A DNA stretch of 63,917 nt, filler included, from Octopus bimaculoides (Eukaryota), in assembly GCF_001194135.2 (NCBI RefSeq). It is 8 parts of 8 records of this genome, joined end to end, with 100 filler letters (N's around TTAATTAATTAA, not from the genome) between each part and the next. Parts side by side here need not be neighbours in the genome. Positions count along the whole stretch, not along the records: positions 24,106 to 29,012 come from NC_068996.1; positions 29,113 to 55,562 come from NC_068981.1; 6 more parts are not named here. One strand, given 5' to 3'. Shown piece by piece: positions 25,646 through 38,758 of the stretch. The position numbers were made by a program, and so were the translations under genes. Below the pieces are notes generated by a model. It ran no database searches. It was not told the origin of the DNA and worked only from the letters and a program-made list of their open reading frames with translations. Numbering within the stretch: position 1 is the first letter of the stretch; every line of letters starts with the position of its first letter.

Positions 25646-25934
25646 TAGGTGTAGAAAACTGGCAAGAAGTCATTAAGAAAACTGAGAAAAATTTATCAAA
25701 AATATTCAAACATGAATCAGAGAGATAGAGAGAGAGATGAGAAAGGGAGAGTGTCAGAGATGGATAGAGGGTGAGGAATGGGGGAAAAAAGTGAGAATGG
25801 GCGAGAAAATAGGAGAAAGGTGAATGGAGAGAAAGGCAGAATACAGACAGGGGTTAAGCAGGAGAAAAATATGGCGGCGCGAGTTAAAGGAAATAAATCG
25901 CATGAGAGATATTAAAACATCAGAGGCAGGAAAA

Positions 25935-26076
25935 TAAGAAAGAAAGAAAGAAAGAAAGAAAGAATGAAGGAAAGAAAGAAAGGAAGGAAGGAAGGAACGA
26001 AGGAACGAAGGAAAGAAAGAAGGAAAGAAAGAAGGAAACGAAAAAAGGAAGAAAGAAAGAAAGAGTGAAAGAGTGA

Positions 26077-26108
<32 letters not shown>

Positions 26109-26244
26109 CAGAAAGAAAGAAAGAGTGAAAGAAAGAAATAAAGAAAGAAAGAAAGAAAGAAATAAAGAAAGAAAGAGTGAAAGAAAGAAAGAGTGAAAGA
26201 AAGAGTGAAAGAAAGAAAGACAGAAAGAAAGAAAGAAAATTAAT

Positions 26245-26320
<76 letters not shown>

Positions 26321-26520
26321 NNNNNNNNNNGAAAGAAAGAAAGACAGAAAGAAAGAAAGACAGAAAGAAAGAAAGACAGAAAGAAAGAAAGACAGAAAGA
26401 AAGAAAGACAGAAAGAAAGAAAGACAGAAATAAAGAAAGAAGTAAAGAAAGAAAGAAAGAAAGAAAGACAGAAAGAAAGAAAGAATGAAAGAAAGAAAGA
26501 AAGAGTGAAAGAAAGAAGTA

Positions 26521-26552
<32 letters not shown>

Positions 26553-26800
26553 AATAAAGAAAGAAAGAAAGAAAGAGTGAAAGAAAGAGTGAAAGAAAGA
26601 AAGAAAGAAAGAAAGGAAAGAAAGAAGGAAAGGAAAAGAGAAAGAAAGGAAAGAAAGAAAGAAGGAAACGAAAACAGGAAGGAAGAAGGAAAGATAGATA
26701 GAAAGAAAAAGAAAGATAGATAGAAAGAAAAAGAAAGATAGATAGAAAGAAAAAGAAAAATGAAAGAAAGATGAAGGAAGAGAACGAGGAACCGAAGGAG
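25935..26800. repeat. Long (GAAA)n polypurine array with GACA and GTGA variants
   Basis: Directly visible; contains a 10-N gap. Confidence 0.95.
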
Positions 26801-27565
26801 ATGATGAAAGAGAGGAAGAGACGGAGGGAATCACCATTTCGATTCGAATTCAAAGAAAAGTTGAAGGAAAGGATAGAAATAACAAACGCCGAAAAATGTA
26901 AAGAAAGAATTCAATGAATAACATTCGAAGTTAAGTGGGCGGAAGGAAGTTGAAAAAGAATCTGATGTATCTTGTGTTATAAAAAAAAAAAAAAAATTAA
27001 CGCTTCTTCTTTCTTTGTCTATTTGCATCTAGTTTAAACTGGATTCTTTGTTCTCTGTTTTCCTTTCGTTAACAGTTACCTATTCTTGCCAAAATCGCTG
27101 CCTCAGTGATTTCTTTTTTATTTTCATTCATTTGTTTATTTATTTGTTTATTAATTGTTTATTTATTTATTCATTTATTTATTCATTTATTTATGTACTT
27201 TATTCATTTATGTATTTTATTTATTCCTATCACTCCCTTCCAGCCAAATGTTCACTTGATTACAGCGCCGCAGATGGCTGACTTGATAAAACCGTCTTGG
27301 TGAAGAATCTATGAATCGTATCTTGCCACAGATGTATCCATTGTGAAGGCATTTTCTTTATGCACGTTCATTCAATCTAGACATAAATTTGTACCATGTA
27401 TCAATTTTTATGAACCCGTAAAAGCACAGCGTTGAATAATGAAAACAAACGCTAATGAAGATATGTATGTTTTCATTGTGATCTGTTGACTTAAAGCGTC
27501 GAAATGGAGATGCAGAACGTTGGATGGAATGGAACACGATTTTATCGGACAGTCTAAAACAACCA

Positions 27566-27631
27566 TTTCCAATTGTTCCATTTGTGTGCGTATATATATA
27601 TATATACGCACGCAAATGGAACAATTGGAAA
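27566..27631. repeat. Near-perfect palindrome, 25-bp arms around (TA)8
   Basis: TTTCCAATTGTTCCATTTGTGTGCG / CGCACGCAAATGGAACAATTGGAAA, one mismatch. Confidence 0.9.
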
Positions 27632-28247
27632 CAGTTGTGTTTGTATGTATGTATGTATATATATATATAGATATATATATATATATATATATNNNNNNNN
27701 NNNNNNNNNNNNNNNNNNNNNNNNNNNNNNNNNNNNNNNNNNNNNNNNNNNNNNNNNNNNNNNNNNNNNNNNNNNNNNNNNNNNNNNNNNNNNNNNNNNN
27801 NNNNNNNNNNNNNNNNNNNNNNNNNNNNNNNNNNNNNNNNNNNNNNNNNNNNNNNNNNNNNNNNNNNNNNNNNNNNNNNNNNNNNNNNNNNNNNNNNNNN
27901 NNNNNNNNNNNNNNNNNNNNNNNNNNNNNNNNNNNNNNNNNNNNNNNNNNNNNNNNNNNNNNNNNNNNNNNNNNNNNNNNNNNNNNNNNNNNNNNNNNNN
28001 NNNNNNNNNNNNNNNNNNNNNNNNNNNNNNNNNNNNNNNNNNNNNNNNNNNNNNNNNNNNNNNNNNNNNNNNNNNNNNNNNNNNNNNNNNNNNNNNNNNN
28101 NNNNNNNNNNNNNNNNNNNNNNNNNNNNNNNNNNNNNNNNNNNNNNNNNNNNNNNATGGGAGAATATACAAATAATAACAACAGACGAGGACAGGTGGTG
28201 TAAATAACAAAAGTATATATTAGTATGACGCTCGGGAATACGGAAAG

Positions 28248-28284
28248 TCTTTGACGTTTCGAGCTACGCTCTTCAACAGAAAGA
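28248..28284 (-). ncRNA. Minimal hammerhead-like motif (CUGUUGA core variant)
   Basis: Minus strand TCTTT-CTGTTGA-A-GAGC gta GCTC-GAAAC-GTC-AAAGA; 5-bp stem I, 4-bp stem II, loopless AC/GT stem III. Confidence 0.6.
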
Positions 28285-28497
28285 ATACGGAGACAAGGAG
28301 AAAAACACGGAGAAAAAAAATTGAATAGTGTTCAGTCAACGGTCATATATATATATATATATATATATATGCATATGTATATATACGACGGGCTTCTTTT
28401 CTAGGTCACCACTCCTTTTATTTTTACCCCCACTATTTCCTCTGCTACTCTCTAAATGGCAAGGCATGCCTTACTTACTAAACTAATTCTTGTTTCT

Positions 28498-28722
28498 TTA
28501 TTGCCCACAAGGGGCTAAACATAGAGGGGACAAATAAGGACAGACAAAGGGATTAAGTCGATTACATCGACCTACAGTACTTAACTGGTACTTATTTAAT
28601 CGATCGCGAAAGGATGAAAGGCAAAGTCGTTATCCGCGGAATTTGAACTCAGACCGTAAAGGCAGACAAAATACCGCTAAGCATTTCGACCGACGTGCTA
28701 ACGTTTCTGCCAGCTCACCGCC
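28498..28722 (-). mobile_element. Full-length tRNA-derived SINE family A
   Basis: Head GGCGGTGAGCTGGCAGAAACGTTAGC and B-box GAGTTCAAATTCC on the minus strand; possible TSD TTACTAAACTAATTCT at 28475-28490 and 28739-28754. Confidence 0.85.
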
Positions 28723-30748
28723 TTTTTGCTAAATTAATTTACTAAACTAATTCTGCTAGAGATATGACAACAGAAGCAAAATAATTATTTTTAGCTCCAT
28801 TATTGATGTGAATATGTGTTTATACTATAATATGTGGTTTATACTAGTGGTTTATCCTTTATGTTTGAGGTCTATGTGTTCATCTGACGTAAGTGGTTTC
28901 GTTCAAATGATGTAATGTTTTTAGTAATCAATTAAAGGAGTCGTATGAAACGTACGTAATGAATTGACACTTTCGTTACTCATTGTTATATATATATATA
29001 TATGTATATATANNNNNNNNNNNNNNNNNNNNNNNNNNNNNNNNNNNNNNNNNNNNTTAATTAATTAANNNNNNNNNNNNNNNNNNNNNNNNNNNNNNNN
29101 NNNNNNNNNNNNCTGTAGTCCCCTTGTTGCTGTGTGAGCAACTGGTTGTTTTAATGGCGGAACAAAGAGGGGATTTTCATTAGAAAAGGTTTTAATTGAT
29201 TTTCTCGGTAAAAATGGGGGCTAGGAAAAAATAGAAGAGGCATTAAGAAGTTGACATTAAGAATTGCTTTAACAGTTAGAAAGTGTTTGACATTTCAATC
29301 ATCACCAAAAAATGAAGCTGTAAGAATTTACGGGGAAATTGTATGTAAAAAGTAAAGCAGAAATGATTTGTAACTGTACTGCCAAAGTTCTGCAACTTAA
29401 TAGCAGACGTATCCAATTTAAGAACAGTGAAGATAAAAGCTAAGTTGGAAAGTATGGAATCAATCATTGTTATACGCTTATAGAAAAAATAGACACGTAC
29501 CTTTTTAAAGAACAAAATGTAGCTGAGAGCTACTGTATTAGACGTTTGTCTAATCAGAGAGCAGAAATTGAAAGAAGATATGTGAAATGGACGTGTGTGT
29601 GTGTTTTGGCGGATAATTTGGCAGGAGTTTTGCAGTTAGCACTAGGTGGTTTGTGTTTATCTCTCAAGTCGAATTGTTGTGAATTTGTAATAGCAATGCC
29701 CAGACAAGTGAAAATATCTTTTTAATATGTGGTTGGGGAAAAAAAGGGATCTTTTGAACTCAGCATGAAAGCGAAAGAGACAGAGAGAGCGTGGTTGTAT
29801 GAGTGAAGTTCTTTTGAAGTTGTGTGAGACAGAAGAATAGATGTGCGTGTGTGTGTCTGTGTGTTTGATAGGGTGTGAGAGACAGAATGTGTGGTATGTA
29901 TATGAATTGCTTTTGTGAGTGTGTGTGAAGAGACAGAGAGAGTAATGTTGATGGTGTGTGTGTATATGAGAGAGAGAGATAACTGAAATTTTTTCATTCA
30001 GTTTTTTAGTGAGTGATTGACTGAGAGAGAGAGAAAGAGAGTGGTTATGTATGTATGAATGGCTTCAGTGACACACACTTACACACACACGTGCACGCAC
30101 GCAGGTTATTTTAATCGATTTTCTCGGTAACTATGGGGGCTAGGAAAAAAATACAAATAACATTCCAATGTGTGCACCTGTCTCCACATGTGTGCCATTT
30201 TTATGCGAATCCACCCAGCCATTTGGTTGTGAACCTCAAAACAAGAAAGAATACAACGCTTGCCCATGTCNNNNNNNNNNNNNNNNNNNNNNNNNNNNNN
30301 NNNNNNNNNNNNNNNNNNNNNNNNNNNNNNNNNNNNNNNNNNNNNNNNNNNNNNNNNNNNNNNNNNNNNNNNNNNNNNNNNNNNNNNNNNNNNNNNNNNN
30401 NNNNNNNNNNNNNNNNNNNNNNNNNNNNNNNNNNNNNNNNNNNNNNNNNNNNNNNNNNNNNNNNNNNNNNNNNNNNNNNNNNNNNNNNNNNNNNNNNNNN
30501 NNNNNNNNNNNNNNNNNNNNNNNNNNNNNNNNNNNNNNNNNNNNNNNNNNNNNNNNNNNNNNNNNNNNNNNNNNNNNNNNNNNNNNNNNNNNNNNNNNNN
30601 NNNNNNNNNNNNNNNNNNNNNNNNNNNNNNNNNNNNNNNNNNNNNNNNNNNNNNNNNNNNNNNNNNNNNNNNNNNNNNNNNNNNNNNNNNNNNNNNNNNN
30701 NNNNNNNNNNNNNNNNNNNNNNNNNNNNNNNNNNNNNNNNNNNNNNNN

Positions 30749-31000
30749 GCCCCTGGACTGGCTCTTGTGCGGGTGGCACATAAAAGACACCATTTCGAGC
30801 ATGGCCGTTTTCGTGCGGGTGACACGTAAAAGCACCCACTACACTCTCTGAGTGGTTGGCGTTAGGAAGGGCATCCAGCTGTAGAAACTCTGTCAAATTA
30901 GATTGGAGCCTGATGTAGCCATCCGGTTGCACCAGTCCTCAGTCAAATCGTCCAACCCATGCTAGCATGGAAAGCAGACGTTAAACGATGATGATGATGA
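30749..31000 (+). mobile_element. Family C (RTE-tail) SINE, 3' part
   Basis: Near-identical to 41630-41910; ends AAACGATGATGATG. Confidence 0.85.
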
Positions 31001-32072
31001 TATATGTATATATATATATATATATCGTTTATTTCAGGATGGTCATTTTTTTTTTTTTTTTGCCAAATAAGCACACATGCTTTATATTCCTTGTTCACTC
31101 GTTTTTTTACTGTTCTTATTTTAACTCATGACCATTGTCCGGAAATCTTTTATCACACATTTGGGGCCTTTTCAGTGACACTTTCTAACCTCATGTGTGC
31201 TCTTGCTCCACTTAGTCCGTTCTGTTCTTCTATGATGTGTATCCTTATATATGCATCTTTGCATCTGTATTTATGTGTATGTGTACATGTGTGTGCATAC
31301 GCATGTCTGTGTTTCACGTGTGTGCTTATATGTGTATATTTGGGCTTATGCCCTTTATATTGTTGTCATTGTTATCGTTGTTCTTAGTTGCCCTATGATC
31401 CTCCCCTCACTCCCATCCCCTCCCCTGTTGCTGCTGCTGCTGCCTTTGACCCCACCTTTTGATACCACTCCTGTATCTCTGTGTGTTTCCCTTTGCATCA
31501 CTCTCTATGATGGCCTTGTACTTAGATGAACAAACACAGAAAGACATAAGCAAGCCAAACTTAGGAGCCAAAATAGCTGCAGCCGCAGTGAAGAAAATGA
31601 AGACAAAAGGAGGGTCAGCAGAATGGGAGGCAATATCTATAAGAATAATGATAATAGTGGGGATGGTAACAACAACAATAAGAATTACAATAATAGTGGG
31701 GCTGGTAACAACAACAACAATAATGAAAACAACTATGAAAACATGCAAACCAACACAATACACTCACAACAATACACATTACTGGCAACAACTACACATA
31801 GAAACACCATTACCACCACCAATAACAGCATCAGCAGAGACAACCAAAGAGATGATAACCAGAGAAATGATAAGATAGAAAGTAGTTCAACAGGTATAAA
31901 TGACACTAACCCTTTTCACACCCTATTCTTCAATCCATGCGATAAGCCATACAATATGAGTCATATTTATCCAACAACCCTACCCTTTAACAAAAGAGTT
32001 TGCATCCCTCAACAGACAAATGACGAAATAGAAGCATGCTTCACCATAGCCAGTACTAAACTTAGAGTTTAG

Positions 32073-32770
32073 AACAATGCACTAGTAGATACAGTAGTAG
32101 ATGGTCTGATACAGTTAGAATGGTTAACTGATCTTAGGACAAAGAGAAATATCAAATTCCTACAATTTAATATCAATAGTTACTACTCTTCAATATCACC
32201 TGTTCTTCTTAACAAAGCTTTAATTTTTGCTCCATAGAATTCTGATCTGTCTAGGAATGAAGTGAACACCATTTTAGCTGCCAAAGTACTATTACTGAAT
32301 TTAGTGATAAATTCTGGACAAGGAAGGATTGTGATAATTTTGATATTACCATTAGGTCAAGTGACTCAGCACAGGTAACTGACCTCATGGAAATATACCT
32401 ACTGTCTATAGGGATGACATTCCAGTGGTATGCAAATGCAGTCTTGTAAATTATGAAAGGTTTAAGAAAAAAATTCTTCAAACTTTTTAAGAATGATGGG
32501 CAATCAATCTTACTTAATAGTAATAAGAGGATAGTTAATTTTCTAGATATCATGTTGGATCTTAACTCTGACCTGTACAGACCATACCACAAACCCAACA
32601 AACATCTAAACTTTGTAAACTAGCTCTTGAATCATCCTCAAAGTGTAATTAAATCAATAGTAAAGAGTGCTTTCATGAGGATATCTATACTTTCAGCTAA
32701 CAAGGAAATATTTAACCAAAATGCTAAATATTACAATGCAACCCTAATAAAATTACCTACTCCCCCAAAT
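32073..32770 (+). mobile_element. Penelope-like RT fragment (decayed)
   Basis: KFLQFNINSYYSSISPVLLNKAL, NFDITIRSSDSAQV, VYRDD, VNFLDIMLDL...YRPYHKPN...NHP. Confidence 0.85.
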
Positions 32771-32844
32771 ACTGTATTTATATGAAAAACTGTGATAGAA
32801 GCAACCTGCATACTGCTAACAAGTAATACTGGTAACCCTACTCC

Positions 32845-33065
32845 TACCATGTGTGTGTCTGTGTTTGTCGCCCCACCATCGCTTGACAGGTGATTTTGGT
32901 GTGTTTACACACCCATAACTCAGTGGTTCAGCAAAAAAAAGGGACCAATAGAATAAGTACTAGGCTTACAAAGAATAAGTCCTGGAGTCAGTTTGTTCGA
33001 TTAAAGGCAGTGCTCCAGCATGGCCACAGTCAAATGACTGAAACAAGCAAAAGAATAAAAGAATT
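32845..33065 (+). mobile_element. SINE family B, 3' half
   Basis: AGGCTTACAAAGAATAAGTCC...GCTCCAGCATGGCCACAGTCAAATGACTGAAAC(AAAAGAAT)n. Confidence 0.85.
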
Positions 33066-34081
33066 AATAATATTATGATAAATGACAAAACTTCTTATAA
33101 TAATAGTTTGCATATTTAAGAGATAAATTAAATTATGCAAGATTAGAACAGATGGTGTTGATGAAGCCAAACTGCATTTCATCTAAGCTAACTTTGTTCC
33201 GGTTCAATTGTGCCATAACATTCTATGTGACCTGCATAGCCTGGCCCAACACGTTTCAGCCTCTATAATTTTTCACAAAAGCATATCTTCTGCCCTTGTT
33301 ACAGTTTACAATGATATTGATATACCAGTCTTTAGCTATCATATAATACTTCCTGTGTTACTTGATCAATTATTTGGGTGGTAATTATGTATCTCAACTT
33401 GTCAGATATATTGAGTATCTCGGTAACTATGCCTGTAAGTCCAGCAGCTTTCCCTACCTTTATAAGAAGTTTTGCCATTTATCATAATATTATTAATTCT
33501 TAATTACTTTGTCTACTACACATCTATCACTAACTCCATTGTGTTATGTGCTTTTACTCAACACTTCTCATGCATTTCCAGAATTGCACCCCTCTGGAAA
33601 CCTTTCCCTGTTTACTTTTTACTCACTTATTGGCATCAAATTATTAAAGTTTATGCAGAATAAGTAGCTGTACATCCCTTTATAGACTGGATAGGCCTGA
33701 GGGGCAATGTGTGCCATTTCTCAGATATATCTATCCTTAAAGAAAATGCATTAACTCTGATATGTGACCTGTCTTGATGAACTTGCTGTAAAATGGTTAT
33801 TAATCATGTTTTATGACCAACTAGTTGATATTCATCCATGTTACCTATAAGAAACTGGACGTAAAGCATTTTCTCATTCAAATACTGCTTACGTTAATTA
33901 TTAGTGACAGAAGCAGTTTTGATATCAAAATGTAATCTTAAGTTGGATATAAAGTTAATTGCTTACTTTGATTTAACCTTATTTATGATATACCAATTAT
34001 GGTTTATATAGCTCAAATATTTCTCAATTTTATGAGATCAGATCCAATATATTAAATTTTTCTTTTATGCCTTTATTTCAG

Positions 34082-34243
34082 GGTATTTTGTTCTCTTCCA
34101 AAAATTGCTGTAATACCCCTGCTGAATTGGTTCGACTTTGGGTGCATGAAACTCAAAGAGTTTACTGTGACAAGCTTGTAAATGAACATGACATTGAGCA
34201 TTTCTTGAAAGTTCAGAAAGATGTCATTACAAAATGCTTCGAG
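34082..34243 (+). CDS. DNAH9/11/17-like: Internal exon of an axonemal dynein heavy chain, outer-arm beta type (region after AAA3)
   Basis: TTTCAG|GGT...GAG|GTATT, 162 bp, phase 0/0; GILFSS...LVRLWVHETQRVYCDKLV matches the conserved RLWxHExxRVxxDKLV motif that follows FNLRDLSNIFQ. Confidence 0.92.
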
Positions 34244-34744
34244 GTATTATTATATCAATATATCATTGACAAAATTTCTGTGTTGGTAAACAAATATTTC
34301 TGTAGTATAATGTAAACCAATATTTCTTTAGTGTACCATTCATAAATTTGTAGGAAATTCCTAGCTAATTTCCTTTTTAAACTACACCAATTCTTCTTTT
34401 TAATGTTATAGATATTTTAGTAATTTTTATTAAAAAGTTATAGATTTTAAATCTAAAATTGGAGGATGTAAATATTTTCCTTATTCATTATCTATTAGAA
34501 TAACATGTATTCTTTTTCATGTGACAAATTTTACCGTAAAACATTGTTTCAATGAATGCAATTTTCTATATTTATCAATCCACGATGCATATATATTTGC
34601 AAATAAGAACAAGAACAGATTCCCTTTGCATATCTGCTGACTTGATAGCTGTATGTCAATCAAATAAGCAACTGAAGTTTCTACAGCACATCATAGCAAT
34701 ATCATTCCTGTTGCACATCATAATTATCTCTGAAATAATGTTTT

Positions 34745-34930
34745 CTGTTATAGGCACAAGGCCTGAATTTTTTAGGGAGGGGTACAGTCAATTACATTGA
34801 CCCCAGTGTTCAACAACCCCCAAAAGGATGAAAGGCAATGGAGATCTCAGCAGAATTTTAACTCAGAATATAGTGACAGGTGAAATACCACTAAACAGTT
34901 TGTCCAGATGCTAATGATTCTACCAGCATC
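34745..34930 (-). mobile_element. SINE family A copy
   Basis: AGGCACAAGGCCTGAA...AAAGGATGAAAGGC...AACTCAGAA. Confidence 0.8.
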
Positions 34931-35039
34931 TGTCCTGGCACTTCAGCAATTCCTAGTACTTTACACATTTTCTCACATTGATTTCAATATGCTCTTTCTA
35001 TGGCACTATAGAAACTTCTAGCATTATCCTTTGTTTTAT

Positions 35040-35330
35040 TATCTCTGAAATAATAAAACAAATGATCATGCTGGAAGTTATTATAGTGCCATGGAAAGAG
35101 CATATTGAAACCAATGTGAGAAAATGGGAGAAGTACCAGGAATTGTTGAACAAGTACCAGGACAGATGCTGGAAAACTATAGAGTGTACTATAGAGGCTT
35201 TGCAGGATGTTCACTTTGCAAAGTCATTAATCAATTGAACTTTACAAGGACAGCAAAGAAAAGGGCCAGTTAATATATGAGTAAAGCTGCAGACAAAACC
35301 AAGGGGATTTGGATTAAAAAGGCTGATCCA
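35040..35330 (+). mobile_element. REL endonuclease remnant (HERO/NeSL-like non-LTR element)
   Basis: LEVIIVPWKEHIE...RKWEKYQELL resembles ELTVPWEE...ERKxxKYxxL. Confidence 0.55.
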
Positions 35331-35837
35331 TTGATGGTTGCTGCTGAAATGCAAGTAGAAACCTCATGAATCCCACAAAGGTGTTTGATGTTGAAAAACA
35401 CAAAATACCTAATGACACCTGGTCACTGTTGATACGTCTCAGCTTGTCCAGGAGTTGTACCTTACACATAATGTAAGATTGTTCAGAAGAAACAAATAGA
35501 TTGGACTGTAAGACATGTAAAAAAATTTGTATTATAAGGAAACATGTATTATGGATAAAGATGGAGTGACTGGAGAGAATAAAGGATGAATATAATTCTT
35601 TAGATATACAATGATTTTGAAAACAAGACTGAAAGCATGAAAATTGAGAAATGATTGGATAACAAAAAAAAACCCAGTCAATATATGAAACAGTTGTGGG
35701 ATGGTGGAAATTGTCATAAATATTCCACATTACCTTGAATATCCAAAGTATCATGAATACAATGTTTGAAAAAATAGTTCCATGGGATATGACCCTTTTA
35801 CATCAAACCCCAGTTTTTGTGGGGTTCTTTTTTTTTA

Positions 35838-35868
<31 letters not shown>

Positions 35869-36349
35869 TTATTTATTTATTTTTTTGGCTTAGTCAAAAG
35901 AAAAATCAGTGCCATAATCTTGGCAAGACTTGAGGTTGGCAAAGAAAAGAGGTGGGAAAAGTACAATTTATATGTTACTTAGATGGAAGTTGGTGACTAC
36001 AGATTAGTCTGCTAGAAAATAAGGCAGCAAGAGCTGTTACTCAAGATGCCAGGACCCAGTGTATCTGGTGGCAGGCTTCAGTTGGCAAACCACTTCCACA
36101 TGTACCCTCTGTCATTCAATGACACTAACAAGGATGGTGCAGCAGCACATCCAAATATTGAGTAATCCTCAGATCAGAGACCTGGCCTGCATGCTTATAA
36201 CAGGATGGACCCCACTAAAATCCCAGGAGTATGAGATAATCTGCCACCTTCAAAGTGGATCATGGTATTTTGTATGACATCAGCATTAAAAAGGTTTGTT
36301 TTAAGGAACATTGAGGTCCTTCTTTTCTACACTGATGATCTGCTATTTG

Positions 36350-37690
36350 GAATGACCAAGAAAAATATGGCAGTCCAAACTTTCCTCTTACATGAAAATA
36401 TCCCACAGTGTATTTGCAGTGCCAGTGTTGATTCTAACATTTGAGATACTTGACTGGTCTGTAGAAGAAATCCACTCCATAGACAACCTGCAAAAATTAT
36501 AACATCAGCTGGAAAACTCCTCAAAAATAGTGATATCAACAGACTCTACATAAGAAGAGATAAAAGAGGGAGGGGCTTGAGATCAGTGCAGACAGCCTTG
36601 GAATGTTGCATAGTCTCTCTTGGACAGCACTTGCTAAACAACAGCAGCAAAAATACATTAACTTAGTGCTAAAAAGTGAAGAAAACAATATCCTATGTGT
36701 TGGAAGTGAACTCCTTAGGAAATATACTCTTTCTGATGACCTCCCATACAACCCCAAATCAACTGGGCCTCAAAGAAGACCTGGAGGGGAAACCCTCAGC
36801 ATACCAGAAAAGATCATGCATTTGTATGCTTTTCATAGACTTGAATAAGAGAATAACATTGACATGAAGCAAAGCCTCTCTTGGATTTGTAAATGGTACA
36901 TCACAGCACACTTTGAAGGCTATGCATTTGCAATCCAAGAACAGGAGATTACTACTAAATACTTAATCAACAAAAGAGACAGTGATGCCCTTGAAATTCC
37001 CAGATGCAACTGTTAATGTAGATTATGTCTTATTTCTGTGGAAGACATCATACATGTGACTAACAGTTGCCCAAAAATGTTATCAAGGTACTACTTCCCT
37101 ATGTGGCATGATAATGTCTCAAAAACAATATACAATGCCATTTGGGAAAAAAACTGTCCTGAAATAAATATAGAAAATCCCCCTGTTATTGAATACATAC
37201 ACAAATACCAGCACAAGGAATACTGGTGGAACATTCCCATCAAAACATCTGTCAAGTGTAAGCATAACAGGCCAGCTATTATTATTTGGAACAGACAAAA
37301 AAATGTATATACTGTCGTAGAGGTAAGCTGTCCTGCTGATGTGAATGTCTCTTTAAAATCAAAGGGAAAGAAGATAATTATGAATAACTGCTTTGAAATC
37401 TCCAGCTTCTATATCCGGATTTCAAATTTACATTTATACCAATTGGAACACTTGGTTTTGTAAGTAAATGCCTAACTGTCTGTCTGAATAAGCTTGGATT
37501 TTCAGAAAAAGAAATCAACCAACTGATTCGCACATTACAAAAACAATATGTAAGCAGAACAATAAAACTATGCAAGATTTTTATAAAGTCTAAAATGTGA
37601 CATTGTTTTTATTATCTACATTCCAAAGATGGAGCTTTGGAACTTTGTCTTTCTTAGAAACCAGCTCCTTCTTCAGAGGAAGAATTTAAA
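36350..37690 (+). mobile_element. R4/Dong-like LINE 3' half (post-RT, CCHC, REL, 3' UTR)
   Basis: INRLYIRR..RGRGLRSV, FAIQEQEI, CRLC...HVTNSC, KHNRPAIIIW...VVEVSCPAD; followed directly by (TACA)n. Confidence 0.85.
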
Positions 37691-38758
37691 TGATTAAATA
37701 CATACATACATACAAACATGTGCACGCACACATGCACACACACACACGCACGTGCGCACACACATGTGGTAACTGTAATGGTCAGTCCAATACTCGCACA
37801 TGTGTAATTACTGGTCATTATGAAGGCAACATATTGGAAAAGTTGAGCTACAGAATGAATATATTAAATAAGTGTTTTAAACATTACATATATTGCAGCA
37901 TATCTATGTAAACAGCACATGCATCTTAATATATTTACATAATCACAGTGCTGTAACAATGCACACAAAGAAGTAAGTCAAGTAATATTTCAAAACAGTT
38001 TATGAAAAAGATAAACACCACTTGATATGTGCGTTTAAATATAATTGTAGAATTAAAAACAATCTGAAAGTAAAGATTACCCAAGCTGTATACAACTTTA
38101 AATTTAATTCTGATAAAACTTCATTGAAAGCTCAAAGAAGATCATTGTCTGTCTTGAAAAACAAATACAAATATCGGTGAATAGATAAAGTCATCATGAC
38201 TAAACATATAAGACTCTTTCAATCAAATTGTAACTACAGTCGCTGTATACAATGGACATACAATCTTAACAAAGGTTTATATGAAGCATATATACAATCT
38301 GAGACCCATAAATTTGATTTTATGCAAAGGCCAAAAAATTTGTGGAACTCTAAACACCTAGAATTATATTTTTCCCTGAAATATTTAAACGGACCAGCAA
38401 AGTGTATCATTAGATGTAAATTGACACATCTAACAGACATACCTGATTCAAAGCAGCCAGCCATTGAAGATAATCATCTCCCTTCCACTGATGGACATAC
38501 AGAACAGTTAGCTGAATCTAGTAGTAAACACACCAACAGTTTGGCTGAAATCCATACCAGTGCTGTACAAACAGAAGAACATCAAAAGTTTGTGGACACC
38601 TTACAAGTGATCTGGGATATATGTTTCAACAGGCCTACAACCTTGATTTGAATGACAATAAAGAACCCAGTAAATTAGAATTAGACGCAGTAAATGAGAT
38701 CACAAATATTAGAAGATCACACAGTCTGGAGGTATGAAACCCTTAACCTTTTGATATA

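Noticed and set aside
38743-38756. TTAACCTTTT as the left piggyBac end
   Set aside because: The LINE reading frame continues for about 2 kb beyond it; the TTAA at 41947 fits the rejoined frame.
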